Source: a virus
Taxonomy: Duplodnaviria > Caudoviricetes
DNA length: 53,394 nt
Direction: 5' to 3' (one strand)
IMG/VR virus record: IMGVR_UViG_3300031519_003499
Coordinates: 1 to 53,394 of that record
The translations under genes and the position numbers were made by a program. How positions within the stretch are numbered: the first letter of the stretch is position 1; each line of letters starts with the position of its first letter. The notes under the pieces were generated by a model, which had not been told where the DNA came from, did not search any database, and saw only the letters and a program-made list of their open reading frames with translations. This document shows positions 8,864-17,465 of this stretch, one piece after another.

Positions 8864-10162
8864 TTAATATCCTGAAGCTGTTACGAATATCGGTACACTT
8901 GTATATGTTATCTGGCCTATGACTCTAATAAATGCTAGTCCTGAATTAGGAGCCTTTACTGTAATATCTAAGTGTAAGTCAGTACCATCAAGTCTTTCTT
9001 CTATTAATATGCTATCATATATTTCCGTAGCACCGGATGTGCCCATTTCTGTTACATTAAATGTGTTACTTGATCCACTTCTACTAAACACAAACTTCTT
9101 AGTTGTGTAGAAGTTTGAACCATCAGTGTTACAAATCAAAGTTAATAATAGTTCGCCGCCACTCGAGTATCTGTCTAACTTCTTAGTATAAATTACCTTT
9201 TCAATAAGACCATTAACTACGTTAGTCGGAGGTACTTGATCTTGTAGCGTACCAGTTACCGGTTCATTGATTATAAATGGAATAAATTGACCTTGACTAT
9301 TAGTACGTCCAAGTGTTTGCGTTTGCGTTGATACTGTTTTCGGCATTGGTTGTGGTGCTAATGCCGTGCCCGGAACACTTGCAACTGCTGCTAGTAGCAC
9401 TACTAATTGAGAACTTGCTGCAATAGCCACAGGATCGTTTATATCAATTCCAGGATCGATAGCAATCATATTATCTGTAGCAATTTGTGAATTACTATAA
9501 CTATCTCCGTCAAGATCTTCGAAATGATATGATGTACCTATGGCAATATCTGTAATTAATCCATTGCTGTCAATAGTTGCGGTGTATACAGTTGGTATAT
9601 GTCTAGTATCTTGTTGCCCTTGGGCATTTAGGTAAGTAACATGATCGATTACGATTGAACCAGCTAATATCGGATCACCTTCATTATAAAATGTTGCACC
9701 TCCCCTACTGTCAATTATAGAATCTGGGATCCATTTTTCTACTGCTACTCCAGGAATAGATGTTCCCGGCGGCAATGTTAGCTGGCCGTTAACATTAGTA
9801 GATATAACACTACCTCCTAAGAAAATTGTATTCCCTGATAGGTGTAGATCTCTAAATCTATTGGTAAAACTACCTAAATCGTATGCCACATCTGTATCTG
9901 GGATTATGCTTTGATTTACAGCAGTAAGATTTGGAGTAGTTGGATGAACAAGTAAGCTAGTTGTATCTGTTAAGTCACTTACATCTGCTGGAATAGTTGG
10001 TTTATTTGTTAGTGTACTATAATCACCGTTGAAGTCAGAACTATCGTCATTGTACAATTCACTAAAGTTTTCGTTTGCTTTTTTAAACGCTGCTCGAATT
10101 GTATCTACACTGTTATCAGTGTCAAGTTCATATGTGCCTATGTTTATCGTTTGCTTTGCCAT
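8864..10162 (-). CDS. Baseplate/fibre protein with T4 gp9/gp10-like N-terminus
   Basis: MAKQTINIG...DTIRAAFKKANENFSELY; IIPDTDVAYDLGS fibre motif. Confidence 0.7.
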   Translation of the reverse strand: MAKQTINIGTYELDTDNSVDTIRAAFKKANENFSELYNDDSSDFNGDYSTLTNKPTIPADVSDLTDTTSLLVHPTTPNLTAVNQSIIPDTDVAYDLGSFTNRFRDLHLSGNTIFLGGSVISTNVNGQLTLPPGTSIPGVAVEKWIPDSIIDSRGGATFYNEGDPILAGSIVIDHVTYLNAQGQQDTRHIPTVYTATIDSNGLITDIAIGTSYHFEDLDGDSYSNSQIATDNMIAIDPGIDINDPVAIAASSQLVVLLAAVASVPGTALAPQPMPKTVSTQTQTLGRTNSQGQFIPFIINEPVTGTLQDQVPPTNVVNGLIEKVIYTKKLDRYSSGGELLLTLICNTDGSNFYTTKKFVFSRSGSSNTFNVTEMGTSGATEIYDSILIEERLDGTDLHLDITVKAPNSGLAFIRVIGQITYTSVPIFVTASGY

Positions 10163-10172
10163 TAGTGCGTCC

Positions 10173-10598
10173 TCAATGATTCAGTAGTATATTGCTAATT
10201 GTTCCAGCAGTCCAGCTAGCTGCTACAGCTCTAATCCAAGTAAAGTTGCCTGTAAAGTTATAAATTTTTGTGCTTGTTTCACTAGTAACATATGTTACAT
10301 CAGTAATAAGATTACCACTTTGCGATACTGCACCGGATGCTAATACTGTAAGCTCTGTTACGTTTACTGTTGGTTCTGCTAATTTTATTGTAATCCAATC
10401 TGCTTCTGTTGGATTATTTGCAATGCTAGCTTCTATATGATATACTCCGATAAAGCTATCTAAACTAACTTGGAGTGTGTGGTTTCCATCACCGCTGCCA
10501 AAATACCCATCTCCTGGTATTTTTTGTGTAACATACGGTAATACTCGTGTTACATCATATGCGATTGACGGTTGTAATATTGTGCTTCTACTGGACAT
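10173..10598 (-). CDS. Hypothetical, probable virion structural protein
   Basis: 141 aa beta-rich; NFTGNFTWIRA near C-terminus; TAAATA 4 nt before ATG. Confidence 0.65.
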   Translation of the reverse strand: MSSRSTILQPSIAYDVTRVLPYVTQKIPGDGYFGSGDGNHTLQVSLDSFIGVYHIEASIANNPTEADWITIKLAEPTVNVTELTVLASGAVSQSGNLITDVTYVTSETSTKIYNFTGNFTWIRAVAASWTAGTISNILLNH

Positions 10599-10601
10599 AC
10601 T

Positions 10602-10610
10602 GTATTTATC
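10602..10610 (-). promoter_or_regulatory. Late-type promoter GATAAATAC (leaderless geometry)
   Basis: TAAATA-CAGT-ATG; the 12-mer is repeated at 10644-10655. Confidence 0.6.
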
Positions 10611-10666
10611 CTTACATTAAGTATACATAGTTTAATAATCTTGATACTGTATTTAATGCTTTTTGC

Positions 10667-10694
10667 AAAAAAAAGGGTGCAAGTTAATGCACCC
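10667..10694 (-). terminator. Rho-independent terminator after clpA
   Basis: GGGTGCA-ttaact-TGCACCC followed by T8 on the minus strand. Confidence 0.85.
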
Positions 10695-10712
10695 CCTATT
10701 AATTAACTACAA

Positions 10713-12971
10713 TTAATTAGTTTCGTTAATTAGTTTTTCCAAAGTTTCTAATCGTTTCTTTGTTACTAATTCTAGTTTATTGTTAGTAACATTAACTACA
10801 ACTTCTCCGCCGTTTTTAAGTTCACCAAAGAGTAACATTTTAGACAACGGACGTTTAATATCAGTGTCAATTACACGTTGTAACGGACGAGCACCATTCT
10901 TAGGATCAAATCCTTTTTCAACTAAGAAGTCAAGCGCATCATCTGACAATGTCATAACAACATCTTTGTCTTTGATTTGATCACGCAAGTCGATTAAGAA
11001 CTTACCAACAATTTTCATCATCACAGGTTTTGCTAATTTGCCAAACGTAATAACACCATCGAGTCTGTTTCTAAACTCCGGAGCAAAGAAACGTTTAAGT
11101 TCGTCATCATTATAATTACTTTCCTCTGTACCAAAGCCAATTGAATTAGATTCACTAGATGCCGCGCCCAAGTTAGTAGTTAGGATTAGTACTGCGTTAC
11201 GTGCATCTGCTACTTTGCCATTAGAGCCTGTTACAAAACCGTTATCCATAATTTGCAACAAAATCTGTGAAACATCTGGATGTGCCTTTTCAATTTCATC
11301 TAGTAGTAGCACACAGTTAGGAGACTCTTGTAGCTTAGTAATTAACAAACCTGCATTTTCTTCATGTCCTACATAACCTGGAGGTGAACCAATAAACTTA
11401 GATACGCTATGCTTTTCCATAAACTCTGACATGTCAAAGCGTACAAGTGGAATGCCCATATGTTTACTTAATTGTTTTGCAGTTTCAGTTTTACCACATC
11501 CTGTCGGACCCATAAACACAAAGCTACCAACTGGGCGATTCTCGCTTTTAAGACCAGCTTGTGCAATATGAATTTTATCAACAATCTGATCAATAGCATC
11601 GTCTTGACCAAACACTTCGCTTTTCATATTCTTATCAAGATTAGCAAGGCTTTCAGATTCTGCTTCCTTGACTGTGTCTTCTGGAATGTTCACCATCTTA
11701 CTAAGTTCATATTGAATTTCAGCAGTGTCGACAACAAGGTCTTCACGTTCTTGTGGTTTAAGTTTGAAACGACTTGCTGCAACATCAATTAGATCAATTG
11801 CTTTGTCAGGAAGTTTCTTGTCATATTGATACTTTACACTCAGTTTTACAGCAGCTTCGATAGCACCTTGTGTAATAGTAACACTATGAAACTCTTCGTA
11901 GTACTTTTTAATACCTTGTAAAATCTCAATAGTCATTTCTGAACTAGGTTCTTCAACTGTAACACGTTGGAATCGACGCATCAATGCACGATCCTTTTCA
12001 AAGTGCTTACGATACTCTTCCCAGGTAGTTGATGCAACTACTTTGATTGTACCTTTGCTTAGAGCAGGTTTGAGCATGTTAGCAAGATCGTTTGCACTAT
12101 TGCCGCCACCTGCGCCTGCGCCACTAATCATGTGTGCTTCATCAATAAACATTACAGTTTTGCCTTTTTTCTGCAATGCCTTAACAACTGTTTTGAAACG
12201 TTCCTCAAAGTCTCCACGATACTTACTACCTGCAAGCATACTTCCAATATCTAAATTATAAACATTATACTCGTGCAAGAACGGTGGCACAGTTTTGTTT
12301 TCGATATTATAAGCAAGTCCTTCTGCAATAGCAGTTTTACCTACGCCTGGCTCGCCTACTAATAGTACATTGTTTTTATTACGGCGACCAAGGGCTAATG
12401 CAATGCTTTCAAGTTCTTCACTCCGGCCAATAACTGGATCTACTTTTCCTTTTATTACTTCGTCATTAAGATTAGTAGTAAATGAATCAAGTGCTTTTTG
12501 TAGGAGTTCGTCTACTTCTGCATCTTCGTCTTCTTTCTCGCCATTAATACCAGATACGTATGCCTGAAACTTTTCTTTCTCAATTCCGGCTTTTTCTAAG
12601 AAGTAGTTGCCATAGCTTTTCTTTTCGTGTAGTAAGCTTAAAAATACATCTACAAGATTAATTTGCTGTCTACCATTGAATAGTGTTTGTGTAAACGCAC
12701 GATTAAGTACTCGTTCTACAGTATTGGTCTTTACAGGTTTATACTTTGCATCACCTTCTATTGGTTCAATTTCAGTTCTAAGATACTGTTCTAGATTAGT
12801 CTTAACATACTCAAGATTTGCACCGTATTCTTCTACTAGTGCAGAAAAATCTTCTTCGCATAGCATTGCATAAAGCAAGTGCTCTAGCGTTACATATTCG
12901 TGACGCAATTTAAGCGCATCGTCAACTGCTTTATCGAATACTAATTGTAGTGCTTCGCTTGGTTCAACCAT
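10713..12971 (-). CDS. clpA: ATP-dependent Clp protease ATP-binding subunit ClpA
   Basis: Clp N-domain (HEYVTLEHLL); two Walker A motifs GEPGVGKT and GPTGCGKT; no ClpB middle domain; IGF loop (SIGFG). Confidence 0.93.
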   Translation of the reverse strand: MVEPSEALQLVFDKAVDDALKLRHEYVTLEHLLYAMLCEEDFSALVEEYGANLEYVKTNLEQYLRTEIEPIEGDAKYKPVKTNTVERVLNRAFTQTLFNGRQQINLVDVFLSLLHEKKSYGNYFLEKAGIEKEKFQAYVSGINGEKEDEDAEVDELLQKALDSFTTNLNDEVIKGKVDPVIGRSEELESIALALGRRNKNNVLLVGEPGVGKTAIAEGLAYNIENKTVPPFLHEYNVYNLDIGSMLAGSKYRGDFEERFKTVVKALQKKGKTVMFIDEAHMISGAGAGGGNSANDLANMLKPALSKGTIKVVASTTWEEYRKHFEKDRALMRRFQRVTVEEPSSEMTIEILQGIKKYYEEFHSVTITQGAIEAAVKLSVKYQYDKKLPDKAIDLIDVAASRFKLKPQEREDLVVDTAEIQYELSKMVNIPEDTVKEAESESLANLDKNMKSEVFGQDDAIDQIVDKIHIAQAGLKSENRPVGSFVFMGPTGCGKTETAKQLSKHMGIPLVRFDMSEFMEKHSVSKFIGSPPGYVGHEENAGLLITKLQESPNCVLLLDEIEKAHPDVSQILLQIMDNGFVTGSNGKVADARNAVLILTTNLGAASSESNSIGFGTEESNYNDDELKRFFAPEFRNRLDGVITFGKLAKPVMMKIVGKFLIDLRDQIKDKDVVMTLSDDALDFLVEKGFDPKNGARPLQRVIDTDIKRPLSKMLLFGELKNGGEVVVNVTNNKLELVTKKRLETLEKLINETN

Positions 12972-13470
12972 TTACTTTATTCCTTTTTTTTAGTTTCTTT
13001 AATGCCATATCTCGTTTCACTTTGCTTACTCTGTGTGTAAAATCAGTTCCACATAAGTGATCAAATTCGTGTAGGAAACATCTTGCATCAATACCTTGTA
13101 AGTATAACACACGTTTCTGCCCGTGTATATCTAAATATTCTGCTGTAATGCTTTCTGGTCGTTTAATTTCTAGTTCGAGCCCTGGATGACTTAAACACCC
13201 TTCTACTGCTGTATGCATATGTGTCCCTACATTAACAATGCTAGGGTTGAATACTGCAATAGCTTCTTTATGATCTTCAATATTTTGCGGCAAGAATACA
13301 AATACTGCTTTGTCGTATTCAATTTGTGTTGCAGCTAATCCAATGCCTTTATTTGCCAGCATTGTTTCAATCATGTCTTTTACTAATGGCTTAGGATCTG
13401 GATCTTTTTCAAAGTCAAAAGGATCGCAAATTTTGTTTAGCCAATCATTTGGATATTTTACTATATTCAT
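12964..13470 (-). CDS. def: Peptide deformylase
   Basis: GIGLAATQ, EGCLS and HEFDH motifs. Confidence 0.95.
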   Translation of the reverse strand: MNIVKYPNDWLNKICDPFDFEKDPDPKPLVKDMIETMLANKGIGLAATQIEYDKAVFVFLPQNIEDHKEAIAVFNPSIVNVGTHMHTAVEGCLSHPGLELEIKRPESITAEYLDIHGQKRVLYLQGIDARCFLHEFDHLCGTDFTHRVSKVKRDMALKKLKKRNKVNG

Positions 13471-14254
13471 TTTTAGTTTCCTTTATTAATTGTAACACAT
13501 GATCCGGTGTATTGTCATCCACTTTTGGTATATTAATCATAACTTTTACATAGATGTTTCCACGCCTGCCTGTTCGCGTATTTAATATTCCATGATTCGG
13601 TATACTGAATACTTGTTGGGATTGTGTTCCGGGAGGTACTGTTAGCTGTATAGTTGAGCCTTCGATTGTCCTAATAATTTTTTTAGTACCTAGCATAGCG
13701 TCAAATACATCAACGTCAGTAAATGTTACTAAGTTTAATCCTTGCCTATCCCAACCTTTAGGAAAGCGTATAATTACTTTTATTAACAAGTCGCCTCTTT
13801 GAAGATGCCTAGCTGTATTATCGCCGAGTCCTGCATAACGTATAGTTTGCCCTGATTCAATTCCAGGAGGTACTTCGACATTTGCTGATTGTTTTATTCC
13901 TGACGGAAGTGTATATTCAATGTCTAAGCGTTTGCCCTTTATTACATCAACTAAATCAACTTGTGTAGTGCATAATATATCTTTATTACGCTGCGGCTGT
14001 CTGTTTCTAAACATTTGTGAAAACATATCTTCAAAAGGATGCTGTCCTTGATGCTGTTGTTGCTGTTGCGGATTGTCATACTGTTGTCGTTTAACAGGAT
14101 CTTTAAGAGTGCTGTATGCTTCGTTAATTTGTTTGAAGGTTTCTTCGTTACCGCCCCTGTCAGGATGGTGTTGCATACTTGCTTTCTTGTATGCTTTTTT
14201 AAGATCTTCGGGTGAAGCGTTTTTAGCAACGCCGAGTTTAGAATAATAGTCCAT
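13445..14254 (-). CDS. dnaJ: DnaJ-class chaperone without zinc finger (CbpA-like)
   Basis: J-domain DYY...HHPDRGG; C-terminal substrate-binding domains. Confidence 0.9.
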   Translation of the reverse strand: MDYYSKLGVAKNASPEDLKKAYKKASMQHHPDRGGNEETFKQINEAYSTLKDPVKRQQYDNPQQQQQHQGQHPFEDMFSQMFRNRQPQRNKDILCTTQVDLVDVIKGKRLDIEYTLPSGIKQSANVEVPPGIESGQTIRYAGLGDNTARHLQRGDLLIKVIIRFPKGWDRQGLNLVTFTDVDVFDAMLGTKKIIRTIEGSTIQLTVPPGTQSQQVFSIPNHGILNTRTGRRGNIYVKVMINIPKVDDNTPDHVLQLIKETKNEYSKISK

Positions 14255-14279
14255 GCAAATACTTATCGCATGGACTATT
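14245..14279 (-). promoter_or_regulatory. 12-bp hairpin covering the dnaJ start codon, with GATAAGTA promoter-like box in the loop
   Basis: AATAGTCCATGC (14245-14256) and GCATGGACTATT (14268-14279) form a perfect inverted repeat. Confidence 0.7.
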
Positions 14280-14286
14280 TAAATTG

Positions 14287-14622
14287 TTACTTATTGACTA
14301 CAGCTTCTTTAGCATAGAACGCTGCTACAATTGCTGCTACTGATACAAAGTACGTAGGAGCCATTGATCCTAGAACTGTTGCTGCTTGATCTAGTTGTAA
14401 AAATACTGCTGCTACAACTGCGAATGGGTATAATAGCATACCAAATAGTGCAAACCATGCCATTGCACGTTGTGCGTCACGCATTGCATCGTTGTCTTCT
14501 AAACGCTTGCGCTTAAATTCAAGATCCATTGCTGCTTCTTCTGCAGAGATGTGCCCGTCTCCGTTTGTGTCCATTTTGGCTGCTGTGTCAGCATCCATGG
14601 TTATTGTTTTCTTATCTGCCAT
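14287..14622 (-). CDS. Two-TM membrane protein with EF-hand-like loop (holin-like?)
   Basis: DTNGDGHISAEE loop followed by two hydrophobic helices. Confidence 0.7.
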   Translation of the reverse strand: MADKKTITMDADTAAKMDTNGDGHISAEEAAMDLEFKRKRLEDNDAMRDAQRAMAWFALFGMLLYPFAVVAAVFLQLDQAATVLGSMAPTYFVSVAAIVAAFYAKEAVVNK

Positions 14623-15386
14623 TACTTTTCTCCCATTTTTTCTAAGTTAGCAATATAGTTTGTCATTGAGTGATCACTGAAATTATCAATGCTGCCTTGT
14701 TTTAATCCCATTACAATGCCACGCCACTTATCTTTGATGCGTTGCCATGTAGTTAATTTTCTTTCCTTGCCGTATGCGTTCATATAATGTTCGATACCGT
14801 GGTGCTTGTATCCCATAATTGCAAGCGGAACAGTAGTAACAATATCATTGTTATTAACCCAACGATGATGTGTAATTTGTAAACTGTTACAATACCCTTT
14901 CCATCCAACTCGAGGTGAGCCGTATGTGAATAACGCAACTGGATCATTTAGTTCTACATTGTGTTTTGCTCTACTTGCCATAATAGTTGCCATTCCGGCA
15001 CCTAGGCTGTGTCCGCAGAACCAAAGTGTTTTAGTTACGTTTACTTTGCGATTAATGTCTTCTTCAATCATCGGCCAAAGCTCATCTACTTCTGCTTTGA
15101 ATCCTCTGTGTACTCTTGACACAGTTTCGGCCATTACTGGAATAGCTTTTAGATCTGCTTTAATGTCATTAAATTCTGTAGGCTGTGTGCCACGACATGC
15201 AATAACTAAATCATTTTTATTCATGAAACGGTATGCTTGTGCGCCGTCCTTGTTATAAAATTCTACAGTTGTAAATCCTAGTTTCTTTACTGCACTCTTT
15301 ACTTCTTTAAGATTATCATTGTAAGCTATGCTTGCAAGTTTTGCAAATAAAAGACTTTTTTCAATTGTACCCATTAATGTTATCAT
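14622..15386 (-). CDS. Class 3 lipase (alpha/beta hydrolase)
   Basis: CRGT, VHRGF, GHSLG nucleophile elbow, TYGSPRVG, NNNDIV, DHSM. Confidence 0.92.
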   Translation of the reverse strand: MITLMGTIEKSLLFAKLASIAYNDNLKEVKSAVKKLGFTTVEFYNKDGAQAYRFMNKNDLVIACRGTQPTEFNDIKADLKAIPVMAETVSRVHRGFKAEVDELWPMIEEDINRKVNVTKTLWFCGHSLGAGMATIMASRAKHNVELNDPVALFTYGSPRVGWKGYCNSLQITHHRWVNNNDIVTTVPLAIMGYKHHGIEHYMNAYGKERKLTTWQRIKDKWRGIVMGLKQGSIDNFSDHSMTNYIANLEKMGEK

Positions 15387-15664
15387 TTTTTACCCTCTAG
15401 TTTAGCAAGACGAGCTTCTAGCTCATCAATCTTTTTAGTTACATGCGGATACTTTTTACGCCAAGCGTCAGCAGGCTGTTCAAACCAGGTCAATCCCCAT
15501 CTTACAACTAAGAAGTCTAAGAACTGATCTAGTTTAGCATAGCACCAAAGCCCTGCTCTTGTATCTTTAAAATAAGCTAGAAATGCAGCGCCGGCTAGTG
15601 CGCCAAGTATACTAGTGTATATCCACAAAGTATCGCCTGTTAGTCGTTCAATTAAATCCCACAT
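15383..15664 (-). CDS. Small membrane protein
   Basis: N-terminal hydrophobic helix, coiled-coil tail; GAGG SD; TAAATA at 15690-15695. Confidence 0.7.
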   Translation of the reverse strand: MWDLIERLTGDTLWIYTSILGALAGAAFLAYFKDTRAGLWCYAKLDQFLDFLVVRWGLTWFEQPADAWRKKYPHVTKKIDELEARLAKLEGKK

Positions 15665-15698
15665 AGTAATCCCTCAATTATTATGTTAGTATTTATTA

Positions 15699-16082
15699 TT
15701 ATTTACAGGCACATTTCGCTTCGTAGTTGTGTATCGCTGCTTTAATAGCGTCTTCTGCTAATACACTGCAATGTATTTTAACTGGAGGCAATGCTAGTTC
15801 TTCTGCAAGATCCATATTCTTTATTTCACCTGCTGTTTCTAGTGTCATTCCTTTAACCCATTCGGTGAGTAAGCTACTACTTGCAATAGCACTACCACAA
15901 CCGTATGTTTTAAACTTAGCATCAACAATAATGCCTTCTTCAACTTTAATTTGCAGACGCATGACATCGCCACACGCCGGTGCACCTACCATCCCTGTGC
16001 CAACATTATCATCAGCATCGTCCATCTTTCCTACATTACGAGGATTCTCGTAATGGTCCAACACAGCTTTCGAATAAGCCAT
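15699..16082 (-). CDS. iscU: Fe-S cluster scaffold IscU
   Basis: MAYSKAVLDHYENPRNVG, GAPACGDVM, KTYGCGSAIA, LPPVKIHCS. Confidence 0.97.
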   Translation of the reverse strand: MAYSKAVLDHYENPRNVGKMDDADDNVGTGMVGAPACGDVMRLQIKVEEGIIVDAKFKTYGCGSAIASSSLLTEWVKGMTLETAGEIKNMDLAEELALPPVKIHCSVLAEDAIKAAIHNYEAKCACK

Positions 16083-16104
16083 ATATCTTCTCCTGGGTGA
16101 TTAT

Positions 16105-16611
16105 TTAATTAGGATACCAACTAGGTCTTACTACAACTTGTGCCGGTGCTCGTCTTATACCTAATGCTCGTCTAGGGTTATATAAGTCGTACCTTACACT
16201 GTTGCTTTGATTACCGCCGAGTATTACCCAACGATCACTATCTAAGTGTTCGCCTATATAAAACCCAACATGTCCTTGCCAGCCTTGATTGCCTCTTGGA
16301 AATATAACTAAGTCGCCCTTTTTAATATCTTCAGGCTCTACAGGGACACCCCAATCTAAGAATGCCCTTGCTGTTAGTGGATATTTGTGATCGTTGTTAT
16401 TAAGAATACCGTCCAACTCAAGCATAGCATTAACAAATGCTGCGCACCATTCTGTTCGTACAGGATCAACGCCTACAACAGCTTTCAGTTCTTGTCTATC
16501 ATAACGTTCGTGCAACCCGATAAATTCTTCAGCTGCTATAGCTGTTGAGTCATCAGGGTTACTGCAACCTATTAATAGCAATGTAAAAGTTATTATTCCG
16601 AAGTGTTTGAT
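16105..16611 (-). CDS. TIGR02594-family (NlpC/P60/CHAP-like) cell-wall peptidase, lipoprotein-like; start uncertain (TTG 16581 or ATC 16611)
   Basis: WCAAFVN, GHVGFY, LGGNQ motifs; lipobox LIG-C. Confidence 0.8.
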   Translation of the reverse strand: MKHFGIITFTLLLIGCSNPDDSTAIAAEEFIGLHERYDRQELKAVVGVDPVRTEWCAAFVNAMLELDGILNNNDHKYPLTARAFLDWGVPVEPEDIKKGDLVIFPRGNQGWQGHVGFYIGEHLDSDRWVILGGNQSNSVRYDLYNPRRALGIRRAPAQVVVRPSWYPN

Positions 16612-16973
16612 ACTACGTCTTCCGGTTTGACAGCTTCTTCATAGTAAACAATAATTTGTTTCTGCTGTTCAATAAATCGCTTTAGTTCTGCAAAGTTTAA
16701 ACTAAGGTTTTCATAATCTTTAACTGAGATAGCAATGTATGCAAGTTCGCCATTCTTTGCTGTAAAGTCTTCGACAAACTGGTCATAGTTTTCTGCTGTA
16801 ACAACATAGATCTTTACGTCATTGATCTGCGCACCCTTAGGGCGAGCAACAATCGGTACAGTTGTTTTTACAGTATTAGTTACTGTTACTATCTGTGGTT
16901 CTGGTCTCAGGCTGCTGCACCCCATTAGGGTCAGTAATACCGCGGAGATCATTCCATAAGTTATCAGTCGCAT
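16593..16973 (-). CDS. o-spanin-like lipoprotein (Rz1-like)
   Basis: MRLITYGMISAVLLTLMG-C lipoprotein signal; overlaps 3' end of the i-spanin in another frame. Confidence 0.7.
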   Translation of the reverse strand: MRLITYGMISAVLLTLMGCSSLRPEPQIVTVTNTVKTTVPIVARPKGAQINDVKIYVVTAENYDQFVEDFTAKNGELAYIAISVKDYENLSLNFAELKRFIEQQKQIIVYYEEAVKPEDVVSNTSE

Positions 16974-17298
16974 TTTGCATCCTATTTTCAATCAGCCCTG
17001 GCTTGCGTAATGCCAGAGATGTTAAGTTGTGTTTTTGTAGTGTAGCACGAAGTTGGTCTCCGTACGCTTCTGCTTTTTGTAAATCACGTTGCAGTGTTGC
17101 ACTAAGTTCTGCATTACGAACTACATCTGCTTGTAAAGTAGCAATACTATCTTCGCTGATTTGTACTGCTACTTCCATTTTTGCTACGTTTGCTCTTGCT
17201 ATCTCTAAATTACTTTGTAATCTTTGTACATATGCATATGCCATACCTGCTGTTGCAAGTACAGTTAATAACATACCAATTTTAATAGCATTAAACAT
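16876..17298 (-). CDS. i-spanin-like protein (Rz-like)
   Basis: MFNAIKIG start; N-terminal TM then long coiled coil; downstream of endolysin and holin candidate. Confidence 0.7.
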   Translation of the reverse strand: MFNAIKIGMLLTVLATAGMAYAYVQRLQSNLEIARANVAKMEVAVQISEDSIATLQADVVRNAELSATLQRDLQKAEAYGDQLRATLQKHNLTSLALRKPGLIENRMQNATDNLWNDLRGITDPNGVQQPETRTTDSNSN

Positions 17299-17299
17299 A

Positions 17300-17464
17300 T
17301 TAATCCTTGGACCAAATAGCCCAAGCACCGTATGCGATAGCTGCATATGCTGCTAGCTTTGCAAATGGTCCTGCGATTAATACAATCACGCCAACAGCAA
17401 TAAGCACTGCTCCGCTCCATGTTGTGCGTTCTTCTAGTCTTTCTTTAATCCACATTTTAATCAT
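17300..17464 (-). CDS. Small two-TM protein, holin candidate (absent from ORF track)
   Basis: 54 aa MIKMWIKERLEERTTWSGAVLIAVGVIVLIAGPFAKLAAYAAIAYGAWAIWSKD; fills the endolysin-spanin gap exactly; AGGAG SD. Confidence 0.7.
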   Translation of the reverse strand: MIKMWIKERLEERTTWSGAVLIAVGVIVLIAGPFAKLAAYAAIAYGAWAIWSKD

Positions 17465-17465
17465 G

